From: Candidatus Krumholzibacteriales bacterium
Lineage (GTDB): Bacteria > Krumholzibacteriota > Krumholzibacteriia > Krumholzibacteriales > WJIX01
Direction: 5' to 3'
Assembly (NCBI GenBank): GCA_046483305.1
Contig: JAWODM010000038.1
Location: 1-34,720, forward strand
Length of the DNA: 34,720 bases
Shown here: positions 9,898-17,596 of the stretch, piece by piece
Position numbering within the stretch: position 1 is the stretch's first letter
Layout: each line of letters opens with the position of its first letter
Position numbers and translations under genes: made by a program
Notes under the pieces: model-generated
What the model was told of the DNA's origin: nothing
Databases searched by the model: none
Seen by the model: the letters and a program-made list of their open reading frames with translations, nothing else

Positions 9898-12800
9898 TGG
9901 CTGAAAAGAGTTTTATAACCAGACGAAAGACCCTGATAAGCATGCTGTTCACAGGAGTCACCCTGCTGGGGGTCATCTCCTACCGTCTGCTGCCGGTAGA
10001 GCTGTTCCCGGATGTGGAACTTCCCTTTCTGATCGTTCAGGTCAACGCCATTCAACAGACCGATCCCGAGACGCTGGAAAAAGAGGCGGTCATACCTCTG
10101 GAAGGTGCGGCCGGCTCTCTGGAAAATATCGACAAGATAGAATCATTCGCCGACGCCCGCAGGGGCGGAACTATCTTCGTCTACTATAAGAAAGGTACCG
10201 ACATAAAGTACGCTTATCTGAGGCTGGCGGAAAGAATCAACAGGGTAAGGTCTGATATCCCCTCCGAGTATTCCGTGAATGTTCTTCGGATAGATACCGA
10301 ACAGATGACCAACCGGTTCATGACCATACAGGTAAGGGGAACCGGCGGAGTGGACCGGCTGAGGAATATAGCCGATAACGATATAGTAAGGGAGCTGGAG
10401 AGTATCGACGGAGTAGCCAGCGTGGAGGTCTCCGGGGGACAGGAAAAATCGGTAACTGTCACCCTCGATGATCAGCTCTGCGAGGCGTACGGAATTACCC
10501 CCTCCAGGATAACTTCGCTGATAAGGCAGAACAGCAGTGAAAATGCCTTTGTGGGAAATATAGTGGAGAAAGAGAACGTCAGAGCGGTCAAGGTACAGTC
10601 CAGATACGGCGACATCGGCGACCTCCGGGATATAGTGGTATCTTCCGAGGGGCCAATCCTGCTTGGCGATATCGCCGACATATACTTTGGAAAGGTTGAA
10701 CAGACCGCCATCAGCAGGGTAAACGGCAAATCGGCGGTTACCATCCAGCTGGTAAAGGATTCCGAGGTGAATCTGATCGAACTCTCGCATCAGGCCCGGT
10801 CAGTCATCCGGAGGCTGAACGGAGAACTCCGTTCCAGGGGTATAGAGATGGTGGTGCAGGAGGATTCGGCCAGTTCGATGGAGGATAATATCAACCAGAT
10901 CATCAAACTGGCGATAACCGGAGCTCTCCTGGCGGTGCTGATTCTGTGGTTTTTTCTCAGGAATATGCGCCTGGTTCTGATAGTAGCCGCCGCGGTGCCG
11001 GTATCGATATTTACCGCTCTTAACCTCTTCTACGCGTTCGGCATTTCCATTAACAGCCTCACCCTGGTGGGGATTGCCCTGGCGGTGGGACTTCTGGTGG
11101 ATAACAGCATAGTGGTGCTTGAAAACATCTACCGTCTCCGGGGCAAGGGGCTGGGAATAACCGAATCTGTCACCGGCGGTGTGAAAGAGGTATGGCGTTC
11201 GGTGTTCGCCGGAACCATGACCACTGTAACCGTCTTTCTCCCCTTCGTTTTTTCCGATGAATTCCTCATAGGGGTGATAGGAAAACATATAGGGGTTTCG
11301 GTAATCTCCACCCTGCTTGTTTCTCTGGCGGTCGCCCTGGTGCTGATACCGATGGGGGCGCACCTGATACTATCCAGAAGCAGCCGCCGGGGAAGCACCA
11401 TATTCAGTATGGTATCCAGGAAAAACCGGTTGATCATGAAATACAACGCCCTGCTGAAGACCTCCCTGCGGTTTCCCGCGCGAGTAATCATCATGGCGGT
11501 GATCGCCTTCTTTATATCTCTGTTCTGGGCGCTCGCGCTCAGTATCGGGGCCGGTGAAGAAACCGAGGCCCGGAGCATCAACATCTATGTGACCATGCCT
11601 TCCGGATCGACCCTGGAATCAAGCGACGCGGCAGTCCGGGAGCTGGAGGAGAGGATAACCGGACTGGAGGAGATTCAAACGCTTATATCAGAGATAGAAG
11701 AGGATGAAGCTCTGCTGACGGTCCGGCTGAAAGAGGACTATTACGATATAAAGGGAAGGGATATCCAATCGATAAAGGACGCGGTAAAAACAATCACCCG
11801 GGATTTCGACCTTGCCGATATCAGCCTTGAGCAGCCGCAATCGAGCAGAAGGTTCCGGGGCGGCGGCGGAATGGAAAACGCCATGATGAGGATGTTCGGA
11901 ATCGGCCGGGCCGAAGAAAAGGTGGTGATCAGGGGAAGTGATTTTAATAAAATGCTGGGGCTGGCCAGGGATATAGAAAATTATCTGGAGGATTTCACCT
12001 CGGTGGACCGGGTCGCCATGAACATAGCCGAAGACAATCCGGAGATTCACCTCACCTTCGATCAGCGGCTGCTGGCCTACCACCGGATCACTCCCCGGAT
12101 GATTATGTCCGAGCTGCAGTCATTCCCCAACGAATTCTCCAGCGGGACATCCTTCACCGCCGGGAATGAACAGTACGATGTAATAGTAAAGAGAACTGGA
12201 GCGGAAAGCGGCCAGGAAAGAACTGTCGACGATCTCAAGAATATGATTATAGAGAGCGACAGCACATTCTACCGCACGGATCAGATAAGCGATATCATCT
12301 ACGGCTACGGCAAACCTTCCATTCACCGGATAAACCAGGAAAAACAGATTGAGGTCAGCTACTCCTTCATATCGGAGGTCGGCGATTCCAGAGAACTTCT
12401 GGAATCTTCCCGCCGGCAGGTCGACAACCTGATAGCCGACCTGAATATACCCTCCGGCATTGCGGTGGAGGTGATCCACGAAGATAACGACTTCAGCGAA
12501 TTTCTGTTTCTGTTCGGAGCCTCGTTCATTCTGATATACATGATACTGGCCTCCGTATTCGAATCGCTTTCCATTCCCCTGGTGATCATGTTCACCATCC
12601 CCCTGGCGGCGACCGGCGCCCTGCTTCTTCTGATATTCTCCGGCACCCCTCTGCTCAACGCCTACACTCTGACCGGTTTTCTTATTCTGCTGGGAGTGGT
12701 AGTCAACAACGGGATCATACTGATAGATTACTCCCGCCTGCTTCAGCGGAGAGGGTACCGGTACCTGCGGGCTCTGATGACTGCCGGGCAGGCAAGGATA

Positions 12801-14582
12801 AGGCCTATTCTGATTACTACCATAACCACGGTAGTGGCGATGATACCTCTGGCGATGGGCAAGAGCGAACAGACCACCCTGGTAGGCGCACCGTTCGCCA
12901 TTACCATCATAGGAGGGTTGTCGCTCAGCTCGCTGTTCACCCTGATATTCATACCGGTGGTATTCAGCGGGCTTACCAGGTCGCTGGGCTGGATACGTTC
13001 CAGGCCCCTGTGGCTGAAGGCCCTTCAGGCGGCGCTGCTGCTGCTTTCTTTGGCCTATATATACCTGAGGGTGGAAAGCCTGATATGGAGGTTCATTTTC
13101 TTGTTCTCGGCGGTAATGCTGATACCGGCCGGTTCCTGGTTCGTAATTAATTCCCTTAGAAAAGCCAGGGCATACCTGATCCCCGAGGATGAGAGCATAT
13201 CAATCCGGATAAGGAATCTGGGCAAGATCTATGACAGAAAGAGCAGGTTCCTCAGGGAGTGGGAAAAGGGAAATACCGGGCGGGATAACGAAAACGCCGC
13301 AAAGGCTGACCTGTCTCACCTGCAGTGGCAGATCCCGGTTTTTGCCTTCGCCGTGTACTTCAATTACTTCTACCTGAACAGCCATTTCTGGCAGTTCGCC
13401 CTGTCGGTGCCGGTCTATCTCTATCTGATATACCTGTCCCGCTACCTGGAGAATCTTCCTATGGCCGGAAGTAGTGCCGGAAAATATATAATCCCCGCCC
13501 TGTTCTGGTTAGTTCCGCTGGCAAACCTTATATTCTTCTACCTCTCCTGGGACAGTCCGGCCCCGGCGATATTCATCGGGCTGGCCTGGTATGGCTCTCT
13601 CTTCGTTTACAGGGCTTCCGGAAAACTGCACGGCCAGGATATAAATATCGCCAGAATCACCGGGAAGTTTTCCGGAATCAGGCGGCTGTTCTACAGGACC
13701 GTGCGCGAGGTTCCCCTGATGGGCAAAAGAAGGAAGCCCTTTACCGCTCTCAGGATGGTATCGATCGATATCGAAAGAGGGATGTTCGGGCTGATCGGCC
13801 CCAACGGAGCCGGCAAGACTACCCTGATGAGAATAATCTGCGGGATCCTTGAGCAGAGCTTCGGAAAGATAACCTTCAACGGGATCGACACCGGCAGGCA
13901 CCGGGAAGAGCTGCAGGGGCTGATCGGTTACCTGCCTCAGGAATTCGGGCTATACGAGAATATGACCGCGGTGGAGTTTCTGAATTACCAGGCTATCCTC
14001 AAGAAGATCAATGACCGTAGCGAAAGAGAGCAAAGAATCGAGCAGGTTCTTACCGATGTTCATATAAGAGAGCGAAAAGACGACAGGATCGGGACCTTCT
14101 CAGGAGGGATGAAACAGAGAATCGGAATAGCGCAGATACTTCTTCACATGCCCCGGGTGCTGGTAGTGGACGAGCCCACCGCCGGGCTGGACCCCCGGGA
14201 GAGGATCAGGTTCCGCAACCTGCTGATGGAACTGAGCAAGGAGAGAATAGTAATCTTCTCCACGCACATAATCGAGGATATCAGCAGCTCCTGCAACAAG
14301 GTGGCGGTCCTATCCAGGGGCAACCTGAAATTCCTGGGAACCCCCGCCCGGCTGTCAGACAGGGCGCGCGGAAAGGTATGGCAGTTCAGCGTACCGGCCG
14401 GCAGATTCAGCGAGATCCGCGGCAGATACGATATTATTCACCATATGAGGAAAGGTGATCAGATCATGGTCCGGACCCTTCACCGTTCCAGGCCGGTGGA
14501 GGAAGCGGTGGAGGTAAAACCGACACTGGAGGATGCCTATATATGGATGCAGAGAGGCGAGAATAGTGATGAAAGCAGCTGA
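9897..14582 (+). CDS. RND efflux permease fused to extra TM helices and a C-terminal ABC ATPase domain
   Basis: The first ~1030 aa are RND (GLLVDNSIVVLENI, GVVVNNGIILID, RIRPILITT). The last ~280 aa are an ABC NBD (GPNGAGKT, YLPQE, FSGGM, VVDEPTAGLD, STH). One uninterrupted frame; the ATG overlaps the upstream stop (TGATG). Confidence 0.93.
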   Translation: MAEKSFITRRKTLISMLFTGVTLLGVISYRLLPVELFPDVELPFLIVQVNAIQQTDPETLEKEAVIPLEGAAGSLENIDKIESFADARRGGTIFVYYKKGTDIKYAYLRLAERINRVRSDIPSEYSVNVLRIDTEQMTNRFMTIQVRGTGGVDRLRNIADNDIVRELESIDGVASVEVSGGQEKSVTVTLDDQLCEAYGITPSRITSLIRQNSSENAFVGNIVEKENVRAVKVQSRYGDIGDLRDIVVSSEGPILLGDIADIYFGKVEQTAISRVNGKSAVTIQLVKDSEVNLIELSHQARSVIRRLNGELRSRGIEMVVQEDSASSMEDNINQIIKLAITGALLAVLILWFFLRNMRLVLIVAAAVPVSIFTALNLFYAFGISINSLTLVGIALAVGLLVDNSIVVLENIYRLRGKGLGITESVTGGVKEVWRSVFAGTMTTVTVFLPFVFSDEFLIGVIGKHIGVSVISTLLVSLAVALVLIPMGAHLILSRSSRRGSTIFSMVSRKNRLIMKYNALLKTSLRFPARVIIMAVIAFFISLFWALALSIGAGEETEARSINIYVTMPSGSTLESSDAAVRELEERITGLEEIQTLISEIEEDEALLTVRLKEDYYDIKGRDIQSIKDAVKTITRDFDLADISLEQPQSSRRFRGGGGMENAMMRMFGIGRAEEKVVIRGSDFNKMLGLARDIENYLEDFTSVDRVAMNIAEDNPEIHLTFDQRLLAYHRITPRMIMSELQSFPNEFSSGTSFTAGNEQYDVIVKRTGAESGQERTVDDLKNMIIESDSTFYRTDQISDIIYGYGKPSIHRINQEKQIEVSYSFISEVGDSRELLESSRRQVDNLIADLNIPSGIAVEVIHEDNDFSEFLFLFGASFILIYMILASVFESLSIPLVIMFTIPLAATGALLLLIFSGTPLLNAYTLTGFLILLGVVVNNGIILIDYSRLLQRRGYRYLRALMTAGQARIRPILITTITTVVAMIPLAMGKSEQTTLVGAPFAITIIGGLSLSSLFTLIFIPVVFSGLTRSLGWIRSRPLWLKALQAALLLLSLAYIYLRVESLIWRFIFLFSAVMLIPAGSWFVINSLRKARAYLIPEDESISIRIRNLGKIYDRKSRFLREWEKGNTGRDNENAAKADLSHLQWQIPVFAFAVYFNYFYLNSHFWQFALSVPVYLYLIYLSRYLENLPMAGSSAGKYIIPALFWLVPLANLIFFYLSWDSPAPAIFIGLAWYGSLFVYRASGKLHGQDINIARITGKFSGIRRLFYRTVREVPLMGKRRKPFTALRMVSIDIERGMFGLIGPNGAGKTTLMRIICGILEQSFGKITFNGIDTGRHREELQGLIGYLPQEFGLYENMTAVEFLNYQAILKKINDRSEREQRIEQVLTDVHIRERKDDRIGTFSGGMKQRIGIAQILLHMPRVLVVDEPTAGLDPRERIRFRNLLMELSKERIVIFSTHIIEDISSSCNKVAVLSRGNLKFLGTPARLSDRARGKVWQFSVPAGRFSEIRGRYDIIHHMRKGDQIMVRTLHRSRPVEEAVEVKPTLEDAYIWMQRGENSDESS

Positions 14583-15300
14583 AATACTGAAATCGGCGGG
14601 TAAAGGGATAGCCCTGGTGCGGGCTTACTTCCGCTACAACCTGAAAATAATATTCGCCAATAAATTCGTATATTTCGCGGTTACCGCCCTGCTGTTCTTC
14701 CTCCTGGTAGCCGCCATAATGTTCTTCAGTTCAGATTCATCGCCCGGCGAAGGCTCCATCTACGACCTCCTGCTGTTTCCCGGGATACTGCTGGTCTTCT
14801 ATCCTTCGGTGTTCGGGATCCAGAACGACCGCGATTTCGGAATGCTGGAGATACTGTTCGCCGTTCCAAACTACCGCTACCGGGTATGGCTGGTAAGACT
14901 GATACTGATATACGCGGTAACCTTTGGGATGATGGTGGTCCTCTCGGTTCTCAGCGCCGTTATCATCGTTCCGGTCCCGGTTTTCAGAATGGTCTATCAG
15001 ATAATGTTCCCTGTTTTCTTCATCGGAAGCCTCTCCTTCATGATGTCCACACTCGTAAGAAACGGAAACGGGGCGGCGGTGGTAATGGTTATAATAGGGC
15101 TCGCCTTCTGGATTACCGGAGGGTGGCTGGAGCATTCCAGATACTTTCTGTTTCTTAATCCCTTCTCCCCTCCTTCCGATATGAGCGACTATGTATGGTC
15201 TGAGATAGTACTGAAAAACAGGATCTACCTCAGCGTCGGAGCGGTGATATCTATCCTCTGGTCTCTGTTCAACCTCCAGAAGAGGGAGAAATTCGTCTGA
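14569..15300 (+). CDS. ABC-2-type permease-like membrane protein
   Basis: About 6 hydrophobic segments and the motif 'NDRDFGMLEILFAVP', similar to ABC-2 coupling helices (E..GTLE.L...P). Overlaps the end of the fusion gene; ATG 14569 follows GAGG. Confidence 0.8.
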   Translation: MKAAEILKSAGKGIALVRAYFRYNLKIIFANKFVYFAVTALLFFLLVAAIMFFSSDSSPGEGSIYDLLLFPGILLVFYPSVFGIQNDRDFGMLEILFAVPNYRYRVWLVRLILIYAVTFGMMVVLSVLSAVIIVPVPVFRMVYQIMFPVFFIGSLSFMMSTLVRNGNGAAVVMVIIGLAFWITGGWLEHSRYFLFLNPFSPPSDMSDYVWSEIVLKNRIYLSVGAVISILWSLFNLQKREKFV

Positions 15301-15322
15301 CCGTTGTGCCCCATGCTTCCCG

Positions 15323-15342
15323 GTAATTGAACGTAATTGAAC
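15323..15342. repeat. Perfect tandem 10-bp direct repeat GTAATTGAAC x2
   Basis: Read directly in the 15301-15580 intergenic region. Confidence 0.7.
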
Positions 15343-15359
15343 ATCCTCGAACCCGAAAC

Positions 15360-15375
15360 TGTACCGTACGGTACA
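15360..15375. promoter_or_regulatory. Perfect 16-bp palindrome TGTACCGTACGGTACA, candidate enhancer (UAS) for a sigma54 activator
   Basis: Self-complementary, TGT-N10-ACA form, ~100 bp upstream of the -24/-12 element. Confidence 0.55.
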
Positions 15376-15468
15376 AAAAAGCACGCCCCTGCAGCGGCCA
15401 GACAGGCATATACTCGCCAATTACTTTATTAACAAGACCTTATACTATCATTAATTTGCGAATATTTT

Positions 15469-15485
15469 TCGGCACACATCTCGCA
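15469..15485 (+). promoter_or_regulatory. Sigma54 (RpoN) -24/-12 promoter
   Basis: TCGGCACACATCTCGCA has GG-N10-GC spacing and closely matches TGGCACG-N4-TTGCW. It lies ~95 bp upstream of the lipoprotein ATG. Confidence 0.65.
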
Positions 15486-15580
15486 ATTAAGAATAAACGT
15501 AAATCGTTTGCAGGTGAGTTCAGCAGCAGAAAATAAATCAGCCATTGATAAAACAGAACAATAGCCGAAAGGAGAAAGCT

Positions 15581-16702
15581 ATGAGAAAGTTGTTCGTACT
15601 GGCAGTCTCTGCCGGCCTTATTTTTTCCGCCGGCTGCCAGTTATTCGGCGATGACCCGTCATCACCGGAACCGGCTCCGGTGTCCGGAGACCACGTGGAA
15701 GAGATCATCAATCTTGACTCTCCGACCGGAGGGTACACGGCGACGGATGAGGAACTGGCCTTCGGAGAACCTGATAAATTCACCTTCAACCGGAACGAGT
15801 CCGAATATCAGGACCGGTTTCAGAACAGCTGGGAATACCGCAGGAAAAATCAGGTGGAGGGAGCAAAGAGATACCGCCTGAGGGCAATCTGGGGACACCT
15901 GGAGAGAAGCTACCAGGACAGCACCGAGAGCGACTGCTGCCCGGTCGATTTCTCCGGTCATCTCAAATTCGACGCCGGGGTGGTGGCAGTTGAAAGAACC
16001 ATCGGATTCGAAATGCTCGACTATATAACCCGGAAGGACGGCTCCGCCATAGAATGGGTAAGCCATACCTGCCCCGGGGTGGACGGGATCCAGTTCAAGC
16101 TGGTAGCCGCCCCCGACACCGAAGACCCGGTTCTTTCCATTGATAATGACGAGGTTGTACTGACAATAGAAGCGGGGCCCTACTCCGGTTCTTTCACCAT
16201 GGCCCAGCTGGACAGCCTGGCAATTATGGAAGAAATCGATGACTGCGGCAACGGTGTGATGATCAACAGTCTCCGGATAACCAACTGCCCCCGCGGATAT
16301 ATGCTGGGACGCTGGATACATGTCGAACCTGATACCATCATCTCCCCGGACAGCACTGAAACTAGAGGTATAATCGAAGGCCGCTTCAGAGGCATGTGGA
16401 TAAGCGACGTGGGCAGGCCGGCCGGTTATCTCAGGGGCGTGTTCGGAAAGAACAGCGGCGGCGAGAATGTTTTCTTCGGAAAATACATAGACTTCCGCGG
16501 ACGGTTCAAGGGTATACTCAAAGGCCGTTATGGCAGCCACCCGACCCAGTCGATTATTGACCGGCTCGGCTGGTACAGGGGTTTATGGCTGGGCCGCAAC
16601 GCGGCCCGTGAAGGATACCTGTACGGAGACTGGGTCGCCGATGGCCAGGGACATGGATTCTTCCATGGTAAATGGGGGAAGGAATGCCTGGCCGGCTTCT
16701 GA
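15581..16702 (+). CDS. Hypothetical Cys-rich lipoprotein with Gly/aromatic beta-strand repeats
   Basis: AAGGAG SD before ATG 15581, signal peptide with lipobox FSAGC, and C-terminal repeats GRFRGMW / GYLRGVFG / GRFKGILKGRYG / GWYRGLW / GYLYGDW / GFFHGKWG. Confidence 0.85.
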   Translation: MRKLFVLAVSAGLIFSAGCQLFGDDPSSPEPAPVSGDHVEEIINLDSPTGGYTATDEELAFGEPDKFTFNRNESEYQDRFQNSWEYRRKNQVEGAKRYRLRAIWGHLERSYQDSTESDCCPVDFSGHLKFDAGVVAVERTIGFEMLDYITRKDGSAIEWVSHTCPGVDGIQFKLVAAPDTEDPVLSIDNDEVVLTIEAGPYSGSFTMAQLDSLAIMEEIDDCGNGVMINSLRITNCPRGYMLGRWIHVEPDTIISPDSTETRGIIEGRFRGMWISDVGRPAGYLRGVFGKNSGGENVFFGKYIDFRGRFKGILKGRYGSHPTQSIIDRLGWYRGLWLGRNAAREGYLYGDWVADGQGHGFFHGKWGKECLAGF

Positions 16703-16731
16703 ATTCAGCAGAAATTCCTTACCCGATAGAT

Positions 16732-16760
16732 GGGGCGCTGATAAACGGCGCCCCTTTTCT
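16732..16760 (+). terminator. Rho-independent terminator
   Basis: GGGGCGCTG-ATAAA-CGGCGCCCC hairpin followed by TTTTCT, between convergent genes. Confidence 0.75.
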
Positions 16761-17596
16761 TAATCCCCTTCCGGGGCGGGCATAAGGTCGTTGGCAAGAT
16801 CGCTGATCTGCTCCGGGGATATATGCCTTCCGATTATATCTATGATCTCTGTGCAGACCGGCCGGGGCCCGGCCACGATATTTCCGGAGGACAGGCAGCT
16901 CTCCCCTCCATAGAAATCGTATACCCTCCCCCCCGCCTCCTGAACTATCAGCGCCCCGGCGGCCATATCCCAGGGCTTCAGGTACAGCTCCCAGAAGCCA
17001 TCCAGTCGCCCGGCTGCGGTATGGCAGAGGTCCAGCACAGCGGCGCCGGCCCTTCTCATCCCCCCGCATGCGATGAATATATCTCTGAAGACTGCGAGGT
17101 AACTCTCCAGGTGCTGATGCGCTCTGAAGGGGAACCCGGTACCGATCAGGCAATTCTCCAGAGATGCGGCTTCCGATACCCGGATCTTCCTGTCATTACA
17201 GTACGCGCCTTCCCCGTAATGACCTTCGAACAGCTCCTCACGGAGCGGATCGAAAACCAGGCCCAACACGGGCCTTCCCTTCCTGGCCAGTGCTATGCTG
17301 ACCCCCACCTGCTGATAACCGTGAATGAAATTGGTGGTTCCGTCCAGGGGATCGATCACCCAGAACTCCCGGGCATCAGGCCTGCCGCCGCTCTCTTCAG
17401 CCAGGAAAGGAATCTCCGGAAAGTATCTCCGGAGGATTTTCTTTATCAGCTTCTCGCTCTCCCTGTCCACCGCTGTTACGTAATCGTTAGTCCCCTTCAA
17501 TTCCACATCTTTTCTCTCTTCCCCCGTGAAAGCATCCCTGACCAGCCTCCCGGCCGAAAGAATAGCTTCCCTGGCCGCATCCGCCTTTTTCATCAT
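16760..17596 (-). CDS. suhB: Inositol monophosphatase
   Basis: DYVTAVD, AEES, WVIDPLDGTTNF, RRAGAAVLDL, LKPWDMAAG. Confidence 0.93.
   Translation of the reverse strand: MMKKADAAREAILSAGRLVRDAFTGEERKDVELKGTNDYVTAVDRESEKLIKKILRRYFPEIPFLAEESGGRPDAREFWVIDPLDGTTNFIHGYQQVGVSIALARKGRPVLGLVFDPLREELFEGHYGEGAYCNDRKIRVSEAASLENCLIGTGFPFRAHQHLESYLAVFRDIFIACGGMRRAGAAVLDLCHTAAGRLDGFWELYLKPWDMAAGALIVQEAGGRVYDFYGGESCLSSGNIVAGPRPVCTEIIDIIGRHISPEQISDLANDLMPAPEGD

Noticed and set aside
15323..15342. Possible CRISPR repeat remnant (ATTGAAC resembles the ATTGAAA(C/G) repeat end)
   Set aside because: Only two adjacent 10-bp copies, with no spacers and no cas genes.
15327..15536. 69-aa plus-strand ORF in the intergenic region
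   Set aside because: TTG start without an SD and no motifs; the region is better explained as a promoter/enhancer.
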